DNA of 64,000 nt from Escherichia phage EJP2. Positions within the stretch are counted from its first letter, which is position 1. Each line of letters begins with the position of its first letter. The notes below the pieces were generated by a model. It did no database searches, was not told the origin of the DNA, and saw only the letters and a list, made by a program, of their open reading frames with translations. The stretch is from the sequence record OQ411014.1; one strand, given 5' to 3'. This document shows, piece after piece, positions 16,847 to 28,530 of this stretch. The position numbers were made by a program, and so were the translations under genes.

Positions 16847-17620
16847 ATGGCAAATATGTTAGACAAATACGGTGTACCGCTACCTAGTGGAGCTAACCGT
16901 ACAATGCTCCAGCCAAAAGCAAAGTATAAATTCAGAGTAATTGTATACAATTTCGGTACTGAGATTGATGAACGTGATCACATCGCACTGGACGTTGATG
17001 CAGTAGATAGACCAAGCATTACATTCAAAACACATAAGGTGTTTCAGTTCACCACGAACTCATCCTATGTTGGTAGCCACGACTGGAACCCAATTAAATT
17101 AACAATTCGTGATTCTATTGGTAACAAAAGTACTAAAGCGATTTCACGTCAATTACAAAAACAACTTGACTTTCAACGTAGGATTACGGCAAAATCAGAA
17201 CAGGATTATTCAGGCTATAAGTTCGGCATGATTATCCAAATGCTAAATGGTAGAAATAGTGATGATTCTCTTGACAATCTAGGAAGAGACACTATAATTG
17301 ATGCTGCAACTGCTGCAACCAATAATGGTGGTTTAGTTAACGCTGTGGATCAATTCCTAGGTGGAAGCAACTACAACAGTGCTGGAGTTATGGAGTACTT
17401 TGTATGTACTGGTTGTATCATAACTGATACCGACTATGATTCACTGGACTACTCTTCAAGTGCACCATTGAAAATATCCCTTACTATTAAGCCGGATACT
17501 GTACATCAATTTGATTCAATTGAGGAAATGTATAAAACCCGCATATCTTCTTTACTACCAGATGGTGTGAATCAGGGTCTTGATATACTTGATCGCATAA
17601 TCGGTTCAGTAGGTTTATAA
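16847..17620 (+). CDS. tail tube protein paralog
   Basis: N-terminus MANMLDKYGVPLPSG...KAKYKFRV nearly identical to the upstream gene. ATG at 16847 with GAGG RBS. Confidence 0.65.
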   Translation: MANMLDKYGVPLPSGANRTMLQPKAKYKFRVIVYNFGTEIDERDHIALDVDAVDRPSITFKTHKVFQFTTNSSYVGSHDWNPIKLTIRDSIGNKSTKAISRQLQKQLDFQRRITAKSEQDYSGYKFGMIIQMLNGRNSDDSLDNLGRDTIIDAATAATNNGGLVNAVDQFLGGSNYNSAGVMEYFVCTGCIITDTDYDSLDYSSSAPLKISLTIKPDTVHQFDSIEEMYKTRISSLLPDGVNQGLDILDRIIGSVGL

Positions 17621-17630
17621 GGAGAATAAT

Positions 17631-19739
<2,109 letters not shown>

Positions 19740-19764
19740 ATGAAACTACTGTTATGGAGTTATT

Positions 19765-20304
19765 ATGAATAATCTACAGAAAATTTTAACAGACAGCTTA
19801 CCAGTACTGGAATACCGCATTAAATTTGCGGTAGAGCCGTCTAAAGAGGATTTGAGTAAAATCCACAATCGCTTGAACGACCGATATGATGCAATTGAGA
19901 TTTCCCCTCTAATGAAATCAATCTTCCAAACACGCCCACTTGAGTTTTATGAACTCGATTGTGGTGAAATTTGGTGGTTAGATTTCAAATGTAATCGTGG
20001 TGTTCAACCTGAAGTACTACTATATGAAATCGGCAATATGCTCAAATGGTCTGAAGCACTATTACGTGTTCGTGGTAAATATGAGCCTATTGAAATCGAA
20101 GATGTACTGGACGATTCTGAAGAATTGGATTTTGATGAAATCGAACCAGTGATTGGTCAGCCATTTGGTGAACCCTTTGAGCCTGAAGCACAGGACATTG
20201 CGGGTCAACAACGTGCTGATGACGCAGTAAAAAATGCAAAAGAACGTTTAGGTAGATCACAGTACAGTAATTATATGTCTGCTGGTTATGGGAAAAAAGG
20301 ATAA
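19765..20304 (+). CDS. hypothetical protein
   Basis: 179-aa ORF with acidic C-terminal half. Confidence 0.55.
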   Translation: MNNLQKILTDSLPVLEYRIKFAVEPSKEDLSKIHNRLNDRYDAIEISPLMKSIFQTRPLEFYELDCGEIWWLDFKCNRGVQPEVLLYEIGNMLKWSEALLRVRGKYEPIEIEDVLDDSEELDFDEIEPVIGQPFGEPFEPEAQDIAGQQRADDAVKNAKERLGRSQYSNYMSAGYGKKG

Positions 20305-20307
20305 TAT

Positions 20308-20865
20308 ATGAGTATGTTACACGAACTATTTGAAGATGCCGAACCACTGAATGAGCGTCCTTATTCACGCACTCAATCAGCAATTGACTCCGCTAAGGGT
20401 GGAGTCAAGGGTATGTTCGGCTCCGGTCAAGTTGAGCAAGGAGCACGTGAAGCTGGTGATGTTGCTAACCGTCTATGGGTTGATTTCAAACGTATGATTG
20501 GTCGCAAATACGGAAAAGCTCAATCATCAGTACCTTTTGCTGATGTAGAAGCATTTTTCAAAACTAACCAACTAGATACCAAAGGTCTAGGTTCTAATGC
20601 TAATCGTACATTCACCCCTAAAGATGTAGGTAATGCACTATTAGCAGCAGCACGTGAGCAAGTCACTGCTGAGTATCGTCAATCACCTCCAGAACAAGCC
20701 CCTAACGCACCACAGGCGGCTCCTGCACAGGCACAAAGCGATTCTGAATCAGCACCAGTACCACCACAATCTAACCCCGCAGGACAAGCTGTAGACGGCT
20801 TAGAAGCTAAGATTGCATCACTTTCTAAAGCAGAACGTGACCAATTACTAGCAATGCTAGGGTAA
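20308..20865 (+). CDS. hypothetical protein
   Basis: 185-aa ORF with Pro/Ala/Gln-rich C-terminal region. Confidence 0.55.
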   Translation: MSMLHELFEDAEPLNERPYSRTQSAIDSAKGGVKGMFGSGQVEQGAREAGDVANRLWVDFKRMIGRKYGKAQSSVPFADVEAFFKTNQLDTKGLGSNANRTFTPKDVGNALLAAAREQVTAEYRQSPPEQAPNAPQAAPAQAQSDSESAPVPPQSNPAGQAVDGLEAKIASLSKAERDQLLAMLG

Positions 20866-20879
20866 TAGGAGAATAAACC

Positions 20880-22358
20880 ATGATCAATATTTTCGGTACT
20901 AATAATGTAGTACCTAACGGCTACATTTATAAGACACACAAAGGTTCCGAATACATTTTTCTAGAAGGATTCTGGTTCAACCATTCTAATCTAAAGATGG
21001 TTGACCCAGCCAAAACTACTAAAATGAATGAGGCAGCATCCGCACAAATCTTGAAACATAATAGTACTGGGAAGCAAATGATTGGTGAATCTTTTTCCTT
21101 TACTGGTAATGATTATGTATACTTAGGTGAAGGTCGATTCACTGAAAACGGCGTTATAGTCGAATCTTCAGTACTGACTGAACTTATGGCAGATGATGAT
21201 CGCGTATATAAGGTATCCCGTGAAACCCTAAACAAAGAATGGGCTACATTGAACTTCTATATCCTTCCACCACACGCAGAAGATGTTTCTATCCCTGCTG
21301 GTCTTGAAGTTGAAGGGTTCAAATTCGTTCCTAAAGGACAACGTTTCATTGATATGCAAACTGGTCGGCCTGCATCCCCTGAAATGACCCGTAAATTACA
21401 TGCTGCTGGTATGCGTTTAGCGAGACAACAAGCAACATCCAACCAACTAGTTCCAATCAACTCAACTCTAAAGATGGGTAATGCTGTTGCTACTTGGAAT
21501 GGTAAAGATTTTTGTGATAATGATGGCAACGTTGTAGTACCAGCAGCACAAGCATCTAATATTTTCTCCAAATATAAGCAATTTGTACACGCAAACCCTA
21601 ATGATTTCCAGAGTTTAGTACAAGACACTAGCAAAGAACAACGTTTTGGTGTTGGTGAAAAGCCTGTTCAGAAACAACCTGTTACTGAAGCTGATGAAGA
21701 AGGTAAAGGTTTAGTTGTTCCTGACGGATATACTATTGTTTCTAAGTCACAAATCCCGTATTATAAAAAGAATGGTGAGTGGATTTCTACTAAAACTAAG
21801 AAACCAATCAACTCATCTGCTGCTAAGAGTGTTGAACGTGCTGCACAAGTCCGTATTGCTGAATACAACAAGTCCGCACCAGTGAAAATTGGTGAAGAAT
21901 GGACTTCAAGTAAAGGTAAAACTTATACTTATGTAGGTGATGACCGATTTATCAGTACTGATGGAAAGCTAATCCCTAAAGATTCTGCTAAAAAGATTCT
22001 TGCAAAACTCGAAGGTGAGCGTAAAGTAGATACTGATAGTCCTTTGGATACAAAAGACAAAGAGCCTAAAGTTCAAGATGCACCAAAACAAGATGCACCG
22101 AAGAGTGAACCAGAAGTTCAGAGTCAAGAAGAACCAAAACAAGATGCACCGAAGAGTGAACCAACACCTTCCAGTACTGAAAACAGTGAACTGTCATCTT
22201 TAGCTGATGCTATCAAACAACATCCTAAAGCGAGAAAGATCACAGTACTGATGACTCGCGGTGACAAGGTATCATTACTAGCAGCGGATTTGATTCTAGC
22301 TGGTAAGGAACAAGATGCTATCAAGATTTTGAAAGCATTAAATAGTAATGATGAATAA
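20880..22358 (+). CDS. hypothetical protein with repeated motifs
   Basis: Recurring Y-x-Y-x-G-(D/E)-x-(F/W) modules and a duplicated KQDAPKSEP segment encoded by a 28-bp exact direct repeat. Confidence 0.6.
   Translation: MINIFGTNNVVPNGYIYKTHKGSEYIFLEGFWFNHSNLKMVDPAKTTKMNEAASAQILKHNSTGKQMIGESFSFTGNDYVYLGEGRFTENGVIVESSVLTELMADDDRVYKVSRETLNKEWATLNFYILPPHAEDVSIPAGLEVEGFKFVPKGQRFIDMQTGRPASPEMTRKLHAAGMRLARQQATSNQLVPINSTLKMGNAVATWNGKDFCDNDGNVVVPAAQASNIFSKYKQFVHANPNDFQSLVQDTSKEQRFGVGEKPVQKQPVTEADEEGKGLVVPDGYTIVSKSQIPYYKKNGEWISTKTKKPINSSAAKSVERAAQVRIAEYNKSAPVKIGEEWTSSKGKTYTYVGDDRFISTDGKLIPKDSAKKILAKLEGERKVDTDSPLDTKDKEPKVQDAPKQDAPKSEPEVQSQEEPKQDAPKSEPTPSSTENSELSSLADAIKQHPKARKITVLMTRGDKVSLLAADLILAGKEQDAIKILKALNSNDE
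22085..22164 (+). repeat. 28-bp exact direct repeat pair within a CDS
   Basis: AAAACAAGATGCACCGAAGAGTGAACCA at 22085-22112 and 22137-22164. Confidence 0.6.
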
Positions 22359-22376
22359 TTTATAAGGATTTATGAA

Positions 22377-23351
22377 ATGAAAAACAAAATCAATGAAGCA
22401 TCTATCAAACTTGATGTGAACGGTCTTGAGTCATCTGACTTCGATACCTTATCCCGTATGCTTGCTCTAGCTGGTCAAGCTGAAACACAGGGTGGTAATA
22501 ACCCTGGTATGTCCGAACTACCAAAAATGAAAGCATTCGACTTTGATGCATTTGGTGGTGACGAAGCTGAAGTTGAACCAATTCCTTCTGCTGATCCATT
22601 TGGAGAGCCGGAGGCTGAACTTTCCGTCGAACCAATGGCAGAACCTGAAGTTGGTTCTGAAGAAGAACTTTCTCTTGACTTAGATGGTTCACCGTCACTA
22701 GAATCTGGTGATGAGTTCGAAGAAGATGATTTCGATTTCGGACGTATGTCTGAACTAGCTGGTCTAGGTGAAAGTGTTTCTCTAGCAACTTCAGAAGACG
22801 AAGCTGGTGAAGGTGAAGTAGAAGATGCTGATGAACTTGCCAAAGATGAAGAAGATGCAGCAGCAGAAGAACTTTCTGAAAAACTACTCCCTGACCTATC
22901 TCTAGATGAAGATGCTGAAGCACGATCTGACGATGGTGATCGTCACCACGTTGTGGATTCAAAAGAACATGGTCCATTCAGTACTGAACGTGAAGCTGTT
23001 CATGATGCAATGCGTGTAACCAATGGTACTGAATTCGAACATTTTGCTATCATCCCAGGAAAAGACGGTTATTACTGGAGACGTAACCTACAAGAAGGTT
23101 TCGATAACGAACCAGAACCAGAAGTTGTTGATATGGATGGTATTGAAAATAGTCGTCATGAATTCAAACGTGTTCCAGGAACTGCACTTGGTGATAACCC
23201 ACTAAAAGAATCTGAAGATGAAGACTCAGATAAGTGTGACAAATGCCACGAAGATCCATGTGAGTGTTCGGACGAGAAACTAGATGAAGATGTATCTGAC
23301 ATTCTAGAGAGCATCAATGCTCGCTACAATGAATACATCAAAGGTCTATAA
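22377..23351 (+). CDS. highly acidic protein with C-terminal Cys cluster
   Basis: Long Asp/Glu-rich low-complexity region. C-terminal DKCDKCHEDPCECSDEK. Confidence 0.6.
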   Translation: MKNKINEASIKLDVNGLESSDFDTLSRMLALAGQAETQGGNNPGMSELPKMKAFDFDAFGGDEAEVEPIPSADPFGEPEAELSVEPMAEPEVGSEEELSLDLDGSPSLESGDEFEEDDFDFGRMSELAGLGESVSLATSEDEAGEGEVEDADELAKDEEDAAAEELSEKLLPDLSLDEDAEARSDDGDRHHVVDSKEHGPFSTEREAVHDAMRVTNGTEFEHFAIIPGKDGYYWRRNLQEGFDNEPEPEVVDMDGIENSRHEFKRVPGTALGDNPLKESEDEDSDKCDKCHEDPCECSDEKLDEDVSDILESINARYNEYIKGL

Positions 23352-23352
23352 T

Positions 23353-23748
23353 ATGGATTATCGGTCATTAGTAGAATCTCTTGACAATATAATGCATGGT
23401 GAAGAGGGTTCGGATGAACTCTCTCCACAAGAATTACTAAAAGGGATTGTTCAATCACTACAGGGAATCACAAACTGTATCAGTGCTGAAGAAATCCAAG
23501 ATTATGATGCATTGATAGAAGTTTTGAAAGATGTGAAAAATATGCTTGACGAAGTTCAAGATACCCAATATAATGAACCCCATCAAGACGAGACAGTTGA
23601 AGAAGACCTTCTACCTCTTGATAGTATTGAAGGTAACGAGTTAGGTACTAAAGGTATGGGGCCAACAATCGACAGTGCTGGTAAACAGAACTACGCGAAG
23701 AAAGACGGCAAATCATACGCAGAGCGGAAAGGCTTCGTAGGTCCATAA
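23353..23748 (+). CDS. hypothetical protein
   Basis: ATG at 23353 directly after the upstream stop; the ORF track starts at 23317. Confidence 0.5.
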   Translation: MDYRSLVESLDNIMHGEEGSDELSPQELLKGIVQSLQGITNCISAEEIQDYDALIEVLKDVKNMLDEVQDTQYNEPHQDETVEEDLLPLDSIEGNELGTKGMGPTIDSAGKQNYAKKDGKSYAERKGFVGP

Positions 23749-23749
23749 T

Positions 23750-24130
23750 ATGATGATGATACCGCCAACTGATCGTACTGACTCCCAGATGGAAGTACTT
23801 TCTAAAATACGGTCAGTACAAGTGGAAAAATCTGACTTAACCGACCGTTTAGTACTGAAGTCTATCTTTGAAAATTACAGATCCGGTTCGGGTATGAGAT
23901 TGAGTAAATTTGGTAAAGAGATGTGCATTGAGCATGAACTCTATGAGTTTGCTAAGTTTAATATCCCTAAAGGAACTAAGAAATCAGTACTGTTTATAAC
24001 GCTTGACAGATTATGCAAAGAGCCGTATTATGTAGAAGGTTTCGATGTGTTTCTGTCGGATGCACAAGTAATAACAGAACTGACATTTTGTTGTGATGAT
24101 TTTGAAAAATTGATTAAACTTTATTTGTGA
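23750..24130 (+). CDS. hypothetical protein
   Basis: 126-aa ORF. No recognisable motifs. Confidence 0.5.
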   Translation: MMMIPPTDRTDSQMEVLSKIRSVQVEKSDLTDRLVLKSIFENYRSGSGMRLSKFGKEMCIEHELYEFAKFNIPKGTKKSVLFITLDRLCKEPYYVEGFDVFLSDAQVITELTFCCDDFEKLIKLYL

Positions 24131-24154
24131 CAAACCAATAAAGTGTGATATAAT
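24125..24154 (+). promoter_or_regulatory. early promoter (TTGTGA -35, TGn TATAAT)
   Basis: TTGTGA 24125-24130, TG 24146-24147, TATAAT 24149-24154. Confidence 0.45.
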
Positions 24155-24301
24155 AGTTTTACAGTTTACAAGGCACTCTGATTTAAAATAAAATAAAATC
24201 AAAAGTGCCTTCTCTTTTGCCAAAATTTATGATACACTATAAATTCTGACAAAAGCATCTCACTAAAACGAGATGAGTTAAAAAAAGATTTAAAAAAGTG
24301 G

Positions 24302-24330
24302 TTGACAAGGCATTAAGAAGTACGTATAAT
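24302..24330 (+). promoter_or_regulatory. perfect-consensus sigma70 promoter
   Basis: TTGACA 24302-24307, exactly 17 bp, TATAAT 24325-24330. Upstream of the MoxR/VWA operon. Confidence 0.6.
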
Positions 24331-24448
24331 TAATCACATCAAGACGAGAACGTGATTGAACAAATGAGAAAAAGGACTTGACTCTACCAACGGATTTTGG
24401 TAAACTAAACAAACTTTACTTATCATCAATAAATGAGGAATCAATACT

Positions 24449-25780
24449 ATGTCTACTAACAACGACCTGCTGAACATCAAACTGTCCCCAAAACAAGCTA
24501 AAGCTGCTATGGAAGCTGCTGACCTGTGCCGCGATAGTCTGATGATTTGGGGTGCACCTGGTATCGGTAAATCCGCAATTGCACGTCAATACGCTGATGA
24601 GAAATATCCACTGCGTAAAGACAACGTTGGTCGTATCGCATCTCTGAACAATCGTATTGCTCAAGAAACTGATGCTGATGAGAAGAAAGCACTAGAACGT
24701 GAACTGGCTTCACTAGAATCCAAACTGATTGATCAAGATACCAACTTCATTGACTTCCGTCTGTCTCAGATTGAACCAACTGACTTACGTGGTATCCCAG
24801 TTCCAGAAAAACTGTTCCGTTCTACTAACGGTAACCTGTTGAAAGAATCTGAACTGGCTGAAGCGAAAGAGTACGTAGCTGAAACCGCAGTAACTTGGGC
24901 TGCTCCTAAAGTACTGAAACTGGCTGACGATTGGAAAGGTGTGATTCTGTTTGATGAAATCAACTCCGCAATGCCGATTGTACAAGCAGCGTCCTACCAG
25001 CTAATTCTGGACCGTTGTGTTGGTGAAATGAAACTACCATCTACTGCACTGATTCTTGCAGCAGGTAACCGTGACGGTGACGGCGGTGTAACTTTCACCC
25101 TAGCTACTCCACTGCGTGACCGTATGACTCACATTGAAGTCACTCCGAATCACACTGACTGGATTGATGACTATGCAATCAACAAGCGTCTGAACGCAGC
25201 GACTGTAGCATTCATCAACAACACTGGTAGCAAGTACTTCAACACGCTAGACCCGAACAACCCAAGCCATGCTGGTGGTACTTCTCCACGCTCTTGGGAA
25301 AAAGTAGCCGAGTACGAAGATCTGAATCAAAAAGGTCTGTTGACTAAAGAAATCTACCGTGCTATGATTGCTGGACGTGTTACCGATGGTATCGCAGTTG
25401 AGTACATCGAGTTTGTTGAGAACGTTGCATCTCTACCAGATACCATGAAGATTCTGACTGGTGAGATCAAAGAGATTGATAAAGACTTGGATATTTCTTC
25501 CAACTACTTCATCACTCTGAACCTAGTGTACAAGATTATCGCACTCTTCGAAGAGAAGAATGAGAAACGTCTAAGTGCAGAAGAGTGGAACCAAATGGCG
25601 AATAACTTCGTAGTGTTCCTAGACCACAACTTCTCTGCAACACAAGGTGAGTTGGCAGTACTAGCAATTCGTAACATTACTATCGCAGGTGTTACTATGT
25701 CTTACAACGATGTTCCAGCGTTCCAGCCGTTCGTAAAACGCTACATGGGTCTAGTTCGTAAAGCACGTGCACTGAAGTAA
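24449..25780 (+). CDS. MoxR/CbbQ-like AAA+ ATPase (AAA_5 type)
   Basis: Walker A IWGAPGIGKS and Walker B ILFDEINSAMP. GAGGAA RBS. Preceded by a perfect-consensus promoter. Confidence 0.8.
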   Translation: MSTNNDLLNIKLSPKQAKAAMEAADLCRDSLMIWGAPGIGKSAIARQYADEKYPLRKDNVGRIASLNNRIAQETDADEKKALERELASLESKLIDQDTNFIDFRLSQIEPTDLRGIPVPEKLFRSTNGNLLKESELAEAKEYVAETAVTWAAPKVLKLADDWKGVILFDEINSAMPIVQAASYQLILDRCVGEMKLPSTALILAAGNRDGDGGVTFTLATPLRDRMTHIEVTPNHTDWIDDYAINKRLNAATVAFINNTGSKYFNTLDPNNPSHAGGTSPRSWEKVAEYEDLNQKGLLTKEIYRAMIAGRVTDGIAVEYIEFVENVASLPDTMKILTGEIKEIDKDLDISSNYFITLNLVYKIIALFEEKNEKRLSAEEWNQMANNFVVFLDHNFSATQGELAVLAIRNITIAGVTMSYNDVPAFQPFVKRYMGLVRKARALK

Positions 25781-25790
25781 TAACTCAAAA

Positions 25791-25817
25791 GGAGGCTGAA
25801 TAATCAGTCTCCTTTTT
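25791..25817 (+). terminator. rho-independent terminator
   Basis: GGAGGCTGA-ATAA-TCAGTCTCC followed by TTTTT. Confidence 0.55.
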
Positions 25818-25840
25818 AAACAAACCGAGGAAATCATATA

Positions 25841-27253
25841 ATGAGTAAATTCAATAATTTGTCTACTAAACTTCCCGATTCAGTTTTGCAAGAATGTAAT
25901 GAACGTATGGTACTAGCTCGTACTTCACTGATGCTCTCTAAACCATTCTTTGGTGTTTTGGCATCTCGTCTTCGCCCAGTACCGAATGATACTTGGTGTC
26001 GTACGATGGCAGTAGATGGCAAACACTTGTACTATAACGTAGAATTCGTTATGGGTTTACAAGACCAAACTAAACGTGCACAATACGAAGAAGCACTAAA
26101 AGAATCAATCGACGATATCAGTACTGAACAAATCAATGACGTACTGAACGGTCTATCTGACCAGAACCTGATTGCTGTACTGTGTCATGAAATTCTTCAC
26201 TGTGCTTATGACCACTTCTTGCGTCGTGGTATGCGTGACCCACAACTGTTCAACAAAGCTGCTGACTATGCAATCAACCAGATTCTAGTTCGTGAAAACA
26301 TTGGTAAGATTCAGTCTTCTTGGTTGTACGACAAGAAATATGACGGAATGACCGCTGAAGAAATCTATGTTCTTCTTGAAGAAGAGAAGAAGAAAGAAGA
26401 GCAAGAAAACGGTGGTGGTGATGGCGACGGTGATGGTTCCGATGACCAAGATGGCGATGGTGACGGAAACAGCAACGGTGGTGGTAAGAAGAAAGGTAAG
26501 AAAGGTAAAGGCGGCACAATTGACCAGCATGACGTACCACAAGAAGGTGATGGTGAAGTAAGTGATGCCAAGCGTCGTGAATATATGGAAGATTTCAAAA
26601 CTGCAATGATGAACGCAGCACGTGCTGGTGGTACTCCAGCAGAAATCGAACGTATGATTGACTCCTTCACTAAACCAAAAATCGACTGGCGTTCTAAACT
26701 ACAACGTACTATGCGTTCTTGCATGAAGTCCGATGTAATTTTCTCTAACCCAAGTCGTCGTTCTTGGAGTACGGGCTTCGGTCACAGTGGTTCTTTCTTT
26801 GGTTCTCCTATCTTCCCAGGACTGAAACCAGATGAAGATATTGATATTGCAATTGCACTTGATGCGTCAGGTTCTATCAGTAATGATATGTTGCGTGACT
26901 TCATCAGTGAAGTGATGGGAATCACCAAACAGTTCAAACAGTTCAAGATTCGTATTATGACTTTTGATACTAAGGTTTATACTGTTCGTGATTATAAAAC
27001 TGGTGAAGAGAAGAAGATTCTAGAATATCCAGTTCATGGAGGTGGTGGTACTGATTTCCAAGCAGTTTGGGATCATATGCGTGATGACAACTACCGTCCA
27101 AAACAACTCGTAATGTTCACTGATGGTGAGCCGTGGGATTCCTGGGGTGACGAAAACTATTGTAAGACTCTTTTCGTAATCCACTCCAACCCTGAAAAGA
27201 TTGCACCATTCGGTGAAACCGTACACTACGAGTACGAAGCGAAGCAACACTAA
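25841..27253 (+). CDS. VWA-domain protein with N-terminal HExxH metallopeptidase-like motif
   Basis: HEILHCAYDH motif; MIDAS LDASGSIS and MFTDGEP in the C-terminal VWA domain; Gly/Asp low-complexity linker. Partner of the upstream ATPase. Confidence 0.75.
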   Translation: MSKFNNLSTKLPDSVLQECNERMVLARTSLMLSKPFFGVLASRLRPVPNDTWCRTMAVDGKHLYYNVEFVMGLQDQTKRAQYEEALKESIDDISTEQINDVLNGLSDQNLIAVLCHEILHCAYDHFLRRGMRDPQLFNKAADYAINQILVRENIGKIQSSWLYDKKYDGMTAEEIYVLLEEEKKKEEQENGGGDGDGDGSDDQDGDGDGNSNGGGKKKGKKGKGGTIDQHDVPQEGDGEVSDAKRREYMEDFKTAMMNAARAGGTPAEIERMIDSFTKPKIDWRSKLQRTMRSCMKSDVIFSNPSRRSWSTGFGHSGSFFGSPIFPGLKPDEDIDIAIALDASGSISNDMLRDFISEVMGITKQFKQFKIRIMTFDTKVYTVRDYKTGEEKKILEYPVHGGGGTDFQAVWDHMRDDNYRPKQLVMFTDGEPWDSWGDENYCKTLFVIHSNPEKIAPFGETVHYEYEAKQH

Positions 27254-27261
27254 TATAAATA

Positions 27262-27298
27262 ATGCGTAAGTTCAGGATGTTCTTACGCATTTTATTTT
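27262..27298 (+). terminator. rho-independent terminator
   Basis: ATGCGTAAG ... CTTACGCAT stem followed by TTTTATTTT. Confidence 0.55.
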
Positions 27299-27326
27299 GA
27301 GATATCATAAGAAATTGTGATATAAT
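27297..27326 (+). promoter_or_regulatory. early promoter (TTGAGA -35, TGn TATAAT)
   Basis: TTGAGA 27297-27302, TG 27318-27319, TATAAT 27321-27326. Confidence 0.5.
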
Positions 27327-27358
27327 ATGAGTACAATAAACAATACATGGAGTGTATT

Positions 27359-27589
27359 ATGAGTGAACAAAACCAAGAACAACTAAGCATTGAAATTGAA
27401 GATATCATCAATGCAACCAAAATCATGGAAGCAGCAATCAAAGCGGGTGCTTTCGGTGTTGAAGACTTAGTAAAAGTTGCACCAATTGTTGACCGTTTCA
27501 TCAAGTTCAGTAATGCAATTATTGAACAACACAACAAAAATGTTGAAGCTCAAGAAGCGGCACAAAATGGAGGTACTGACCATGAGTAA
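27359..27589 (+). CDS. hypothetical protein
   Basis: ATG at 27359 with GGAG RBS, downstream of the early promoter at 27297-27326. Confidence 0.45.
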   Translation: MSEQNQEQLSIEIEDIINATKIMEAAIKAGAFGVEDLVKVAPIVDRFIKFSNAIIEQHNKNVEAQEAAQNGGTDHE

Positions 27590-28232
27590 GATTATCCGTC
27601 ACCAAGGTGTAGTTCGTAGTACTGGTTCCCGTGTGTTCGTTCTATGGCGACACATTCCTGATGATATCAACCACTGCCTAGTCATTTATCGTGACTCTAT
27701 TCCTGAAGTTTATATGCATACAGTGAATGAACTTGTAATGAATCAAGGTCAGAAAAGCGTTGAACTATGGGAAGTGATGGATAAAGTTGGTTATCTTGAT
27801 AATCGTAAAATGCTTGATGTTCTACACAATCTAGGTTATATTCGTAAGCAACGTACATGTGACATTGACATGCACGTGGGTGGTGGTGCGAAAGTTGCAC
27901 TCGACGAACTAAATGCTAGTATTCTTGAAGAGCGTATCCATCAAGATGGTAAAGTCAAAGACTTCAACCCATTTGATGCAAATGCACAAGACAGTACTGC
28001 TGAACGTGGTACAATCGTTGATAAACTAATTGCAGATGCAGAACAGTATCTACGTCTTCATGAAGAAAATCTTGAACGTGCTTATAACATCGACCCATCT
28101 CGTCGTCCAGTAGTTGAAGCGGCTGGTGAAGAAGATGATACCACATTCTCTATCGTTCTTGAGAAAGGCGTTTCCCAAGCGAAAGCAATTGAAATCGTCA
28201 AAAAAGCACTAGCAGCACAAAAGGCAAAATAA
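27582..28232 (+). CDS. hypothetical protein
   Basis: ATG at 27582 with GGAGG RBS. Overlaps the upstream stop. Confidence 0.5.
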   Translation: MSKIIRHQGVVRSTGSRVFVLWRHIPDDINHCLVIYRDSIPEVYMHTVNELVMNQGQKSVELWEVMDKVGYLDNRKMLDVLHNLGYIRKQRTCDIDMHVGGGAKVALDELNASILEERIHQDGKVKDFNPFDANAQDSTAERGTIVDKLIADAEQYLRLHEENLERAYNIDPSRRPVVEAAGEEDDTTFSIVLEKGVSQAKAIEIVKKALAAQKAK

Positions 28233-28233
28233 T

Positions 28234-28530
28234 ATGACTCGTGATGAAATCATTCAAATGATTCTCACTGAGCGTAATCGTCAAACAGAGAATCCAAACA
28301 CTGTTTCTGACTTACACAAAACCAAAAATGATTGGGCTGCTTTGGCAGCCTATTATTTGTTTGAAGGTGCAAGTCGTTCCGATAAACATGTATCTTTCGA
28401 AGAGTTTCGTAGTTCTCTAGTTCAAACTGCTGCCGTCATTATTGCAGCACTAGAAACCAGCTATGCTCATGAGAATGAAACGGTTCGAGATTTACTATCT
28501 CAACTGGAAAATAAAGATGACAAGCAATGA
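28234..28530 (+). CDS. hypothetical protein
   Basis: 98-aa ORF. No recognisable motifs. Confidence 0.45.
   Translation: MTRDEIIQMILTERNRQTENPNTVSDLHKTKNDWAALAAYYLFEGASRSDKHVSFEEFRSSLVQTAAVIIAALETSYAHENETVRDLLSQLENKDDKQ

Noticed and set aside
22405-22977. Minus-strand ORFs (190 and 122 aa) within the acidic protein gene
   Set aside because: His/Leu/Gln-rich or Ser-rich antisense frames of an acidic low-complexity coding region.
26274-26724. Minus-strand ORFs and a Gly/Asp microsatellite-like tract inside the VWA gene
   Set aside because: The tract encodes the GGGDGDGDGSDDQDGDGDG linker of the plus-strand VWA protein. The antisense ORFs are low-complexity artefacts.
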